This document shows positions 49,954 to 59,147 of a DNA stretch of 64,000 nt, one piece after another. How positions within the stretch are numbered: position 1 is the stretch's first letter; each line of letters starts with the position of its first letter. This DNA comes from an uncultured Acidimicrobiales bacterium (GTDB lineage: Bacteria; Actinomycetota; Acidimicrobiia; Acidimicrobiales; UBA10347), in NCBI GenBank assembly GCA_963925805.1, contig CAWUSE010000005.1:89281-153280 (forward strand), read 5' to 3'. The position numbers and the translations under genes are program-made. The notes beneath the pieces are model-generated. The model ran no database searches and was not told where the DNA came from. It saw only the letters and a program-made list of their open reading frames with translations.

Positions 49954-52898
49954 GTGAGAGACCTTTGGAAAGAGACGTGACCAGCGAAGAACAGATCGCA
50001 CGACTCAAGCGGAGGGCCCACCGTGAGAAGACTGCGCGGCTCGAGGCAGAGAAAATTGCTAACACGAAAATAGTTGAACTAGCCGATGTCAACCGGAACT
50101 TAGGAAAGCGAGTTGCAAGCCAAGCAGCGGAACTCAGCTTGAAACGAGCAGAGGCGTTAGCGAAACTAGATGAGGTCAATCATCAGATAATTTGGGAGAT
50201 TGGCGATGAGTTGGCCGCAGGGACCAACTCAGACGTCGAGGTAGTACTTCTTTCCGTGCTCGAAGCGCTTGGTCGTGCTGTCGGAGCAAGGGCGACGGCC
50301 ATCTGGGAGCTATCGCAAGCCAATCTGACTGCACGGAGCATCGCTCGATGGTTTGACGGAGAAGAAAGAGTGGAGAACGCCGAGTCTCTGCCCACTGTCG
50401 ATGTGGCGACCATTTTGAATACGTTTGGTGACGGTTTTGTTCCGGGCCTGACCGCCGAATTACCAATTGAACAAATCTCTGACTTTGATTTAACGCAGGC
50501 CCCTGGCACGATGATCCTTGCTGGTGTCATCGAACAGACGGGCCCCTTGGTACAGATCCTGACCATCGATTACTTGAGTTCTGAGATTGAGTCAAACTCG
50601 TCAGATACAAACCTGTTGCGTGGGGTGATGATCCTTCTCAGGCAGTACTACAACCGGCTGAAACTCCAAAAAGAGCTAAGTGAAACATCTCAAGAGCAAC
50701 AATTTGCTCATGACTGTTTGATAAGGAACGGGGCGGCTTTGATTGAAAGCACCCCTGCAAATCGTGAAGAGACTTACAATTCTACATTACGAGAAGTCGG
50801 TCTGTTGCTCGATGTCTCAGCCGTTGTTGATTGGCAAATCGACTACGAGAAAGAGTGTTACCTGCGTCGCCGCTTTTGGCAACATCCTGACGATAAGGGG
50901 GGGGAAGTTCCAACTGAAATAAATTTCGGTTCGCGTTTTATGGACAGTATGCGTAGTTCAGAAACGGCTCAGACGTTTCATTCATCGGAACCGACGTTCA
51001 AGATTCCTAACCAGCTTGGCGTAGCGAGAGCTGCAGCTGGAACGAGACCTTCAGCGCTCTTGAGTGTGAGGGGTCTCGTCGCTGGGCCGTGGAAGGCCAG
51101 CGAAGTCTCTTTTGTGGAAAAAATTAGTGCAACCATTCTGTCGGTTGAGAATTGCTGGGCAGCTGAAGAGATGGCCGCAGTAGCGCTTCAGTCCTCTCCG
51201 GTTTGCACGTCGGTTTATAAGAAGAAAGACAGGCTTAAACCTTTCTCTCCTCTTAACCTCGACTTCGTCGAAGGGAATGCAGCATTTCACGATCTTTTTG
51301 GGATCACCAGTGAATACCTTCTCGGTACGGAAGCTGACGCCTATCGTTACAACAGTATCGATGATGTCCCCCAAGAGCTTCGATCGTCCTATGAATGGAT
51401 GTTTGACGAAGTTGGCGTGAATAGCATGGACGAAGGGTTCGCTAATGATGCAGGGACAGCTGTAATCACTATGGTTATGAAGGCCTTAGACGGAAGGCCG
51501 ATGTTGCTTGAGTGCCACAATGTTGCGGTGACGCCGTTAAGCCGCGATCCCTTCCTTCTCGTTCATTTGGAAGATATTACAGAACGTCGTCAAGATGAGC
51601 GATTCAAAGAGTTTCTTGTAAATCACGATCAACTTACTGGTCTGCTGAACCGCCGAGGCTTCATCAAGGCAGCCGAAGAGGGGCAAATAGCGTCAGCCAA
51701 TAATTCGGTGGCGCTTATTGATTTAGACAGGTTCAAAAACGTCAATGATTCACTTGGACACGACTTTGGAGACGAATTTCTTAAAGTGGTGGCTGAACGG
51801 CTCGCCGAGAATCTTGATGTTGGAAATATCGTCGCAAGGCTGGGCGGCGACGAATTTGCAGTTTTCCTTAGAGGCCCAATCGAAGAAGCTGAGGCAGGTA
51901 GAGCTGTCCAGAAGTTGATCGACAAGGTTGGCGAGATTGCGACGATTGGAAGCCATCGGGTTTATCCCGCGATGAGTGTCGGGATCTCGTTTGGCCAGAC
52001 CGACACGGATGTCGCCACAGCACTGACGCAAGCAGACGCAGCAATGTACAAAGCGAAACGAGCGGGCGGAAGACGCTTCGAATTGTTTGACAGTGGACTG
52101 AAGGCAGAGATCGATTCTCGAAGGAAGCTTGAGACCGAACTCCGCGATGCACTCATTGCTGATCAACTCGAGGTCTATTACCAACCGGAGGTGTCGTTAA
52201 AAACTGGCAAGATTCTTGGGGCAGAAGCACTTGTTCGTTGGCAACATCCAACACGAGGGTTCCTTGCAGCCGGCCAGTTTATAGAACTTGCAGAGGAGAC
52301 CGGGTTGGCAACCGAAATCAGTCGTCTAGTTCTGCGAGAAGCCTGCGCACAGGCAGCAACTTGGCCTCGGAAGCTACGAAAACGTATAGTGCGAGTCAAC
52401 TTGACGGCGGACCAGGTTTGCGAAGATGTCGGGCTTGAGCAAGAAGTAGTCGAGGTTCTTCAGGGCGTTGCTCTTGAGGCTGAAAATCTTTGTCTGGAGA
52501 TCACCGAGTCTGCTCTGATTAAGAATCCTGAAAGGGCAATTGACACTCTCGCTCGGCTACGAGACCTTGGCGTGAGTATTGCCCTAGATGACTTTGGAAC
52601 GGGGTACAGCTCGCTGTCTTACCTCAAACGTTTCGAAGTCGACTCATTAAAGATTGATAGGTCATTCGTGAGCGATTTGAGCACTGACCCAGAAAGCGCC
52701 CATTTCATAAGGGTAATCTTAGGATTAGCTGAGGGATTGAACCTGACGGTCGTTGCTGAGGGGATTGAGATTGATCAGGAGGCGAGTATTCTGAAGGGTC
52801 TTGGGTGTGAACGAGCCCAAGGATTCTATTACTACAGGCCAATGCCAGCTGCGGAACTCCGTGGACTCCTTGAAGCCGAGGACAACGAAGTCTCCTAA
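49950..52898 (+). CDS. GGDEF-EAL diguanylate cyclase/phosphodiesterase with a 557-aa N-terminal coiled-coil/sensor region (GTG 49950 start overlapping the H-NOX stop)
   Basis: The GGDEF domain has RLGGDEFAVF and DRFKNVNDSLGHDFGDEFL. EAL motifs are EALVRW, EITES, DDFGTGYSSLSYL, KIDRSF, VAEGIE and QGFYY. The ORF-track start at 49758 overlaps the H-NOX gene. Confidence 0.9.
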   Translation: MSERPLERDVTSEEQIARLKRRAHREKTARLEAEKIANTKIVELADVNRNLGKRVASQAAELSLKRAEALAKLDEVNHQIIWEIGDELAAGTNSDVEVVLLSVLEALGRAVGARATAIWELSQANLTARSIARWFDGEERVENAESLPTVDVATILNTFGDGFVPGLTAELPIEQISDFDLTQAPGTMILAGVIEQTGPLVQILTIDYLSSEIESNSSDTNLLRGVMILLRQYYNRLKLQKELSETSQEQQFAHDCLIRNGAALIESTPANREETYNSTLREVGLLLDVSAVVDWQIDYEKECYLRRRFWQHPDDKGGEVPTEINFGSRFMDSMRSSETAQTFHSSEPTFKIPNQLGVARAAAGTRPSALLSVRGLVAGPWKASEVSFVEKISATILSVENCWAAEEMAAVALQSSPVCTSVYKKKDRLKPFSPLNLDFVEGNAAFHDLFGITSEYLLGTEADAYRYNSIDDVPQELRSSYEWMFDEVGVNSMDEGFANDAGTAVITMVMKALDGRPMLLECHNVAVTPLSRDPFLLVHLEDITERRQDERFKEFLVNHDQLTGLLNRRGFIKAAEEGQIASANNSVALIDLDRFKNVNDSLGHDFGDEFLKVVAERLAENLDVGNIVARLGGDEFAVFLRGPIEEAEAGRAVQKLIDKVGEIATIGSHRVYPAMSVGISFGQTDTDVATALTQADAAMYKAKRAGGRRFELFDSGLKAEIDSRRKLETELRDALIADQLEVYYQPEVSLKTGKILGAEALVRWQHPTRGFLAAGQFIELAEETGLATEISRLVLREACAQAATWPRKLRKRIVRVNLTADQVCEDVGLEQEVVEVLQGVALEAENLCLEITESALIKNPERAIDTLARLRDLGVSIALDDFGTGYSSLSYLKRFEVDSLKIDRSFVSDLSTDPESAHFIRVILGLAEGLNLTVVAEGIEIDQEASILKGLGCERAQGFYYYRPMPAAELRGLLEAEDNEVS

Positions 52899-53325
52899 CC
52901 ATCTGGTGATCCGGAATGGGTTTATGGACTTAGGACGCGAAAGGGTCGACCAGCAGATAGTCACTGTTATGCGCATCGACGAGTCCGGCGGATCTATTCG
53001 CTGATCTGCTAGTGCCTAACGTGCAGGGCTTTCCAGCGAGGCCATGTTTCTTCGTTTTTGGCATGACGTCTAAGGGCTAATTCTGGTCTTGGTCGCTAGA
53101 GAGCCGGAGGTTACGAAACCGAATCTTTCCCGTGCGCATGGAGCGAAGGGGCTATCTTCGATCTGGCCCTCGACTTGTACCACGGTGGCCAATCATTTTG
53201 CCCACCTAACTCGATCACAGCTCGGATCTGCGGGCCGCGTAAGCACTGGAATCGTAGGCAAGACTTTATAAACGTTTGGACCAATCAACTTGTCACATAC
53301 CGCGTTGAGGTCCCTGCGGTTGCAG

Positions 53326-53354
53326 CAAAAAACCGGCCTAATCGGCCGGTTTTC
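53326..53354 (-). terminator. intrinsic terminator downstream of tRNA-Gly
   Basis: 8-bp stem AACCGGCC/GGCCGGTT with a 5-nt loop. On the minus strand it is followed by TTTTTT, immediately 3' of the tRNA. Confidence 0.65.
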
Positions 53355-53359
53355 AACAG

Positions 53360-53430
53360 AGCGGGTGAGGGTAATCGAAACCCCGTATTCAGCTTGGGAA
53401 GCTGATGTTCTACCATTGAACTACACCCGC
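53360..53430 (-). tRNA. tRNA-Gly (anticodon CCC)
   Basis: I folded a 71-nt cloverleaf by hand. Acceptor GCGGGTG/CACCCGC, anticodon loop TTCCCAA, T-loop TTCGATT. No encoded CCA. Confidence 0.88.
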
Positions 53431-53718
53431 TGGTGGCAGTGATCTTACGTGCAGATCAGCACTTCGGCCACTCGGGTAGCGGGATCAGTAGGTGAGGGTC
53501 TGGACTGGAACTATGAAACTCACATCAAACTGTTCGATGGCCACCGGTTCCTCGTTGTTGCCGAAGCATTCGACACCCTGCAGGTTTACTTAACCGATGC
53601 CGATAGTGGTCTTCCGTAGACCCGGTGTGGCCTACAGGACTCCAAGTCGTTGTAATTGCAGTGGTTCTCATCGCGGTTCTTCAGCCTGGCAAGCTGAATG
53701 CGGGGTTTGGGTCACTCT

Positions 53719-54684
53719 CTATGGAGCCTTTTCGCCTGCGCCCTCACCTGTTGCGTTCGAGTAGTTTCGGTTGAGGAACCACCTTTGGTAGTCGCCATAG
53801 GTAATCGGTTCGTGACGGGCCAGGTTCTTGTGGCTGATGCACGTCGGTAGCGCCTCAATTAGTGCGTCGTCGCGGGCCCCGAAGAAAAACGGGATCGCAT
53901 AACGGTCAACCTTGGCTCCGTTGCGTGCCCGATGGGCCGTCGAGCGGAAACGGCCGTTGGTCCACCGCTTCAACATGTCACCGCTGTTGATCAGGAACGA
54001 ACCAGGCAACTGCGGCGGCACGACCCAATCGTGCCCGGCTGGGCGTATCTCGAGGCCTGGTACATCATTTTCTGGAAGCAGCGTGATGATCGTCGAGTCG
54101 GTGTGCGGGGCCAAACCCCAATCGTGTTCGCCGTAGTCGACCACTGGGTAGTGCGAAAGCCGCAGCGAACATGACGGTACATCGAAGTGCGGGTCGAAGT
54201 AGTTGGGCGGCAGGTCGAGCGACACGGCCAACACCGGTAATAGCCTGCGGCTGAGCTCGGTGACGGAGTCGATGTAGCTTTCGACCACCGGCTTGAAGTC
54301 GGGCAGGTCGGGCCAGTGGTTGCCGAGCCGGTATCCGCCGCGATGTACGAAGAAGGCCGCGTTCAGATTCGGGGTTCGCACCTTGCCGGCGATGTCGGAC
54401 GCGTACGACGTGCCCCCTGCGTAACCGAGGTAGCCACCGTGGTCACGATCCATCAGACAGTTCTCGAACCGCTCAGGGGGTTGTTGGTGCAGGATTTGAG
54501 CGTGGTCGTATACCTGCTGGACCAGGTCCCAGGGAACACCGTGGTTGGTGATGAAGAAAAAGCCAACGTCTTCGAGCGCCCGTCGCAGTTGATGGCCGAG
54601 TGCCGCGATCGCATCGGGATCGCCGGCCGTCAGGTCCGAGAGATCGAGTACCGGGATGAGTTCGGTGTCGGTCACAGTGGTCAA
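53719..54684 (-). CDS. 2-oxoglutarate/Fe(II)-dependent oxygenase (isopenicillin N synthase family)
   Basis: H-x-D facial triad in APHTDSTIITLL, distal His and RxS in FRSTAHRA, and an N-terminal DIOX_N-like region. Confidence 0.85.
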   Translation of the reverse strand: MTTVTDTELIPVLDLSDLTAGDPDAIAALGHQLRRALEDVGFFFITNHGVPWDLVQQVYDHAQILHQQPPERFENCLMDRDHGGYLGYAGGTSYASDIAGKVRTPNLNAAFFVHRGGYRLGNHWPDLPDFKPVVESYIDSVTELSRRLLPVLAVSLDLPPNYFDPHFDVPSCSLRLSHYPVVDYGEHDWGLAPHTDSTIITLLPENDVPGLEIRPAGHDWVVPPQLPGSFLINSGDMLKRWTNGRFRSTAHRARNGAKVDRYAIPFFFGARDDALIEALPTCISHKNLARHEPITYGDYQRWFLNRNYSNATGEGAGEKAP

Positions 54685-55036
54685 GGCGTGCTCCTCTGTT
54701 CATGCTCAGGTCACTCGAAAGTGTGTCACAGCTTTCGTCATACAGCCCTATCGCTGGTCCGAGTGTCAGATCGTCCAACAGGACGATTAAGTTCTTGAAA
54801 CCTCAGGACCACACGCATGCTGCAGCAACGATCTCTACCGCTGTTCCTCTAGCCCTGTTCGCCAGGTTCCGAAGCTGAACGCCGGAGTCCGGTTCTGCGT
54901 GCCTGCTCTGTTGAACAACCCAAAACGGTTCTGAGCTCATTGGGTCTGTGATGATCGAACTGGCAAACTGGTCGACGATGGTACCGAGCAGCGCCGGGTC
55001 GATTTAGCGGCGTGGACATGACATCAGGAGAAAACA

Positions 55037-56242
55037 ATGAGTGCTGCACCACTGGCCGGCCTGCGGGTACTCGACGTGTCGAGTGTGATTTCAGGGCCTT
55101 TGACGGCGATGTTGCTTGCCGACATGGGTGCTGACGTAATAAAGGTAGAGAATCCTTCGGCTCCGGACTTCACCCGAGCGACCGGGAACAGCCGCGGCGG
55201 GATGACCGCTTTTTATTACAACCTGAATCGGGGGAAGCGTTCGCTGGCCGTCGATGGCCGTCAACAGAAAGGACAGGACATCCTGCGGGCATTGGCTGAT
55301 CAGTCTGATGTGCTGATCGAGAACATGCGGCCTGGCAAGGCTGCAAGGATTGGCCTTGACCCTGATGAGTGTCTGGAGCGTAATCCGTCGCTGATTTACG
55401 CCAGCATCACTGGTTATGGCTCAACCGGTCCAGCGGCGGGCGAACCGGTTTATGACTACGTGATTCAGGCCGTCTCGGGCATGGTCGATCTCCAACGCGA
55501 CGCGGCAACGGGCAAAGCTGACCTGACCCGGCACTTTCTCGCGGACAAGCTCAGTTCTCACGCTGCTAGTGAGGCGATCTTGGCAGCTTTGTTCGCTCGC
55601 GAACGGGATTCGCAACGACGAGGCCAGCATGTCGAGATCAGTATGCACGAAGCCAATCTGGCCTTCCTCTGGCCCGATGGGATGATGAAGCAGACCATCG
55701 TTGGCCAAGCCGACGTCGAAGCGATCTACCCAGGCGACTACTACCGCGTGTACCCAACAACCGACGGTGAGATTGTGGTCATGCCCTTCATGGGCCCAGT
55801 CGAAGGAGTGTGCCGGGCCATGGGACATCCTGAATGGTTTGATGGCTGGCCCGACAGAAGTGTCGTTCCTGACATGTATGCCCTCCAGGATCTAGTGGCC
55901 GCCAAAGTCGGCACGATGAACACCAGGGAGGCGTTAGCTGCTTTCGCCAGTCACGACGTCCCAGCTGGACCCGTTGTTGCACTAGACAAGGTGCACGAAC
56001 ATCCCCAAGCTCAGTACCGCCAGTCGGTTTTGGAACATGATGTAGAACCCTTGGGCCGGGTTCGTAACCCCCGCCCGCCTTGGCGCTTTGGTTTGACCCC
56101 GGAGGTTGTGCATTCCCAGGCCGCTGTGATGGGAGAGCACACCGCTGAGATCCTGAACGAACTCGGCTATGACAACAGCACAATTGCGGCCCTGAGTGAA
56201 GCTGGTGTGATTGTCGAAGCCGAGAGTGGCTTCGCCGACTAG
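55037..56242 (+). CDS. CaiB/BaiF family III CoA-transferase
   Basis: N-terminal LAGLRVLDVSSVISGPLTAMLLADMGADVIKVE and a later conserved Asp region. Confidence 0.88.
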   Translation: MSAAPLAGLRVLDVSSVISGPLTAMLLADMGADVIKVENPSAPDFTRATGNSRGGMTAFYYNLNRGKRSLAVDGRQQKGQDILRALADQSDVLIENMRPGKAARIGLDPDECLERNPSLIYASITGYGSTGPAAGEPVYDYVIQAVSGMVDLQRDAATGKADLTRHFLADKLSSHAASEAILAALFARERDSQRRGQHVEISMHEANLAFLWPDGMMKQTIVGQADVEAIYPGDYYRVYPTTDGEIVVMPFMGPVEGVCRAMGHPEWFDGWPDRSVVPDMYALQDLVAAKVGTMNTREALAAFASHDVPAGPVVALDKVHEHPQAQYRQSVLEHDVEPLGRVRNPRPPWRFGLTPEVVHSQAAVMGEHTAEILNELGYDNSTIAALSEAGVIVEAESGFAD

Positions 56243-56375
56243 CGACGGCTCTACGGTTGGTCGAGCGCAGCGCTGGTGGAGCGTTAAGACACTGCGCCCA
56301 AAGAGATGTCGTACTGTCTTAACGGGCGATGCTGCCGCTTGCTATGTTTCAAGTATTCCGATCTCGGGGGTAAAC

Positions 56376-57368
56376 ATGATTTTGGCTGGAACGAGTCGAG
56401 GGGTTTTTGCGATCGATCACGACGGCGCCCACTCGGTGCTCGAGAGTCGCGGTGTGCGTGACCTGATCGATATCAACGGCCGGATATTTGCTGGCACAGG
56501 TGCTGGGCTCTTCGTGTCCGACAACGGGGGCGATACCTGGTCCTGTGTTGGGCTCGCTGAGTACGAGGTGTGGCAGGTACGGGCTGCACCGGACGGCACG
56601 CTCTACGCCGGCACCCAACCCGCCAGTTTGTTTCGCAGTACCGATGGCGGTGATAGCTGGACCGAAATTGAATCGTTCGCGAAGGTGCCCGAAGCCTCGA
56701 CCTGGGGAATCCCGCTTGATCCACCCTTGCCAGGTAGAGCTCGTGCCATCGTGGTCGACCGCGAAGACCCCAACAAGATTTGGGTCGGTGTCGAAGTTGG
56801 CGGCATCATGCGCACCACCGATGGCGGAGTGACCTGGACGCTTGATCGGCCAGGCGACAACCCTGATCTACACATGATGTATGCCCATCCCGCCGAGCCC
56901 GCCATGTTGTTCGCGTCGACCGGCTACGGGCGTGAGGATCACATCGCCGAGGAAGCTGAGGGAAATGCAGGTGTTTTCCGTAGCGACGACCACGGCCAGA
57001 CCTGGAACTATGCCTGGTCTGGCGTTACGCCCCGTTATTCACGGCCGATGTGCATCGAGGTTCGCGAACCTTTTAGCCTGACTGTCGCTAGCGCTCCCAC
57101 CGCATTTAGTAACTTCGCCGATGATGGTGGGGCCCAAGCCATGCTCTTTCGCAGCGATGATCACGGCGCAAGTTGGCGGTCGTTATGTGACCAGGCCCAC
57201 TCGCCGAGCGCGGCCAATATTCATGGTCTCATGGTCGACCCCGACGAAGTGGGCGGCGTGATCGTGGGCACCGATACCGGCGAGGTATGGCGCGTTAGCA
57301 ACGACGCGGTGTGGACCGAGGTCGTGACTGGTTTGCCGGCTGTGTTGTCGCTTAGCGCCACCCAGTAG
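56376..57368 (+). CDS. BNR/Asp-box repeat beta-propeller protein (start ATG 56376)
   Basis: Five S-x-D-x-G-x-T-W Asp-boxes: SDNGGDTWS, STDGGDSWT, TTDGGVTWT, SDDHGQTWN and SDDHGASWR. I see no obvious signal peptide. Confidence 0.7.
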   Translation: MILAGTSRGVFAIDHDGAHSVLESRGVRDLIDINGRIFAGTGAGLFVSDNGGDTWSCVGLAEYEVWQVRAAPDGTLYAGTQPASLFRSTDGGDSWTEIESFAKVPEASTWGIPLDPPLPGRARAIVVDREDPNKIWVGVEVGGIMRTTDGGVTWTLDRPGDNPDLHMMYAHPAEPAMLFASTGYGREDHIAEEAEGNAGVFRSDDHGQTWNYAWSGVTPRYSRPMCIEVREPFSLTVASAPTAFSNFADDGGAQAMLFRSDDHGASWRSLCDQAHSPSAANIHGLMVDPDEVGGVIVGTDTGEVWRVSNDAVWTEVVTGLPAVLSLSATQ

Positions 57369-57371
57369 CGT

Positions 57372-58124
57372 CTAGATCTGGATGCCGGTGGTGGCACCGC
57401 CGTCGACAAGCACGTTCGAACCGGTCATGAAGCTAGCGCGGGTGCTGGCCACGAAGGCAACCACGTCTGCGATCTCCTCGGGTTCACCAAGGCGGCGGAA
57501 GGGGTTCTCGCGCAGAATCGTGTTCCAGAGCTTGCCATCTTCGATGCGGGCCTGATCCCAGGAGCCTCCTGGAAAGATGATGTCCCCAGGTGAGACCACG
57601 TTGGCGCGGATACCTCGGCGGGCTATCTCGCGTGACAACGACTTGATCATGCTGACCGTTGCGGCCTTGACTGCGGCATAGGCCGGAATACGCGGCGCGC
57701 CGGTGCTGGCGGCCCGCGATCCAATGCAGATGATGTTGGCGCCGGTGTCGTCCTGCATGTGACCAAGAGCAGAGCGAATCAGTGCATCGGTGCCGACGAG
57801 GTCGACCGCGCATGATGCTTCCCAGTCAGGCCCAGCCATGGCCGACACATTGGACACGAGCACATCGAGACCGCCGAGCGTGTCGACCGCCCAGTCGACC
57901 AGCGCCGCGGGTTCACCGACCACACCAATGTCGGCCGGGCGGTGATGGACCTCACCGAACGCGCCCAGCTCTGCGGCAGCTGCGACGAGGCCAGTCTGGT
58001 CTCGGGCACAGATCGCGACGCGAGCGCCCTCGTTCAGGAAGGCCTTGGTTATGGCCAGACCAATACCCCGGCTTCCTCCGGTAATGAGTACCCGTTTGCC
58101 CGTGAGTTCAAGATCCATTGTCAT
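57372..58124 (-). CDS. SDR family oxidoreductase (start ATG 58124)
   Basis: TGGSRGIG cofactor motif and a YAAVKAA catalytic Y-x-x-x-K. The upstream ORF-track extension overlaps the neighbouring gene. Confidence 0.85.
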   Translation of the reverse strand: MTMDLELTGKRVLITGGSRGIGLAITKAFLNEGARVAICARDQTGLVAAAAELGAFGEVHHRPADIGVVGEPAALVDWAVDTLGGLDVLVSNVSAMAGPDWEASCAVDLVGTDALIRSALGHMQDDTGANIICIGSRAASTGAPRIPAYAAVKAATVSMIKSLSREIARRGIRANVVSPGDIIFPGGSWDQARIEDGKLWNTILRENPFRRLGEPEEIADVVAFVASTRASFMTGSNVLVDGGATTGIQI

Positions 58125-59094
58125 GTTCTTTCTTCGTATGGTCTTTTTCCTCGAATACGATGACGCAACGGCCTCGAGTGCCGCCGGCTTCGAGCCGGGC
58201 GTGGGCCTCAGAGGCTTGAGCAGCTGGGTAGATCTGGGCGACACGCAAGGTGACTTCGCCCGCCTCGACCTGTTCACGGAGCTGATCAAGCTTCGCGTGC
58301 TCTTTTGCGTAGCTGGTTACCCAGGTGGCGGTAAATGTGATGTCTCGCTGGGGTTTTCCCTCGTATCCACGAATGGAGGTAAAGGCACCGCCATCGGCTA
58401 TCGCTCCTATGACCTCGTCGTTCTGCACGCTGCCGTCAGCCAAGCCGTCAACACCGTTCGCGTAGTGCCTGCGCACCTCGGCGGCGAAGTCAGCGCCACG
58501 AGGCACGACAATGTCCGCGCCGAGCGAGGCGACCAGTTCGGTGTCGGCGTCGGTTGCGTCGGCAATGACGGTCAGGCCATCGGCTTTAGCGAGCTGCACC
58601 ATGTAGCCGCCGTAACATCCCGCAGCGCCAGTGACCGCTATTGTCTGCCCTGGTTGCAGCCCGAGCAGGTCCAGCGAGAGGCGAGCTGTCAGTCCGTTCA
58701 TCGGCAGAGTCGACGCTTCGGCGTGGCTCGTTCCCTGGGGCGCACGAGTAACTGACTCGGCCGGGAGAACCAGACTCTCTCGATACGCTCCGTGGGTGCC
58801 TTTGGGTACAACGATGGCCATTGCTCGGTCTCCGACGGCGATGCCGGTTGTTACACCGTCGCCGACTTCATCGACGATGCCGGCAGCATCCATGCCTGGC
58901 ACGTAGGGGCCAGGGTCGGCCTGTTGTGCTTTGGCCCGATCACCGTTTCTCACATAGGTATCGGTCGGGTTGACTGTGGCGGCGTAGACGCTCAGTCGGA
59001 CCTCGCCTGGTCCGGCATGAACCTCGGGCAAATCGACGAGTTCGAGGGCTTCGGGCCCACCGTATGTAGTGACTGCAACAGCTTTCATGCCCAA
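58108..59094 (-). CDS. NADPH:quinone oxidoreductase / MDR-family zinc-type alcohol dehydrogenase-like protein
   Basis: N-terminal GroES-like domain and an [11 protein letters not shown] Rossmann motif. Length is 328 aa. Confidence 0.85.
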   Translation of the reverse strand: MGMKAVAVTTYGGPEALELVDLPEVHAGPGEVRLSVYAATVNPTDTYVRNGDRAKAQQADPGPYVPGMDAAGIVDEVGDGVTTGIAVGDRAMAIVVPKGTHGAYRESLVLPAESVTRAPQGTSHAEASTLPMNGLTARLSLDLLGLQPGQTIAVTGAAGCYGGYMVQLAKADGLTVIADATDADTELVASLGADIVVPRGADFAAEVRRHYANGVDGLADGSVQNDEVIGAIADGGAFTSIRGYEGKPQRDITFTATWVTSYAKEHAKLDQLREQVEAGEVTLRVAQIYPAAQASEAHARLEAGGTRGRCVIVFEEKDHTKKEHDNGS

Positions 59095-59147
59095 GGTTAG
59101 ACCGCCGCGACCAGCGCGGTTTCAACTCGAACGGCGGATTACCCGAA

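Noticed and set aside
49387-52898. Low GC content as stand-alone proof of horizontal transfer of the H-NOX module
   Set aside because: My hand counts of sample lines give about 47-58% GC here. Core genes dnaA and dnaN give about 47-48% as well. Composition varies too much within the window for this argument without proper statistics.
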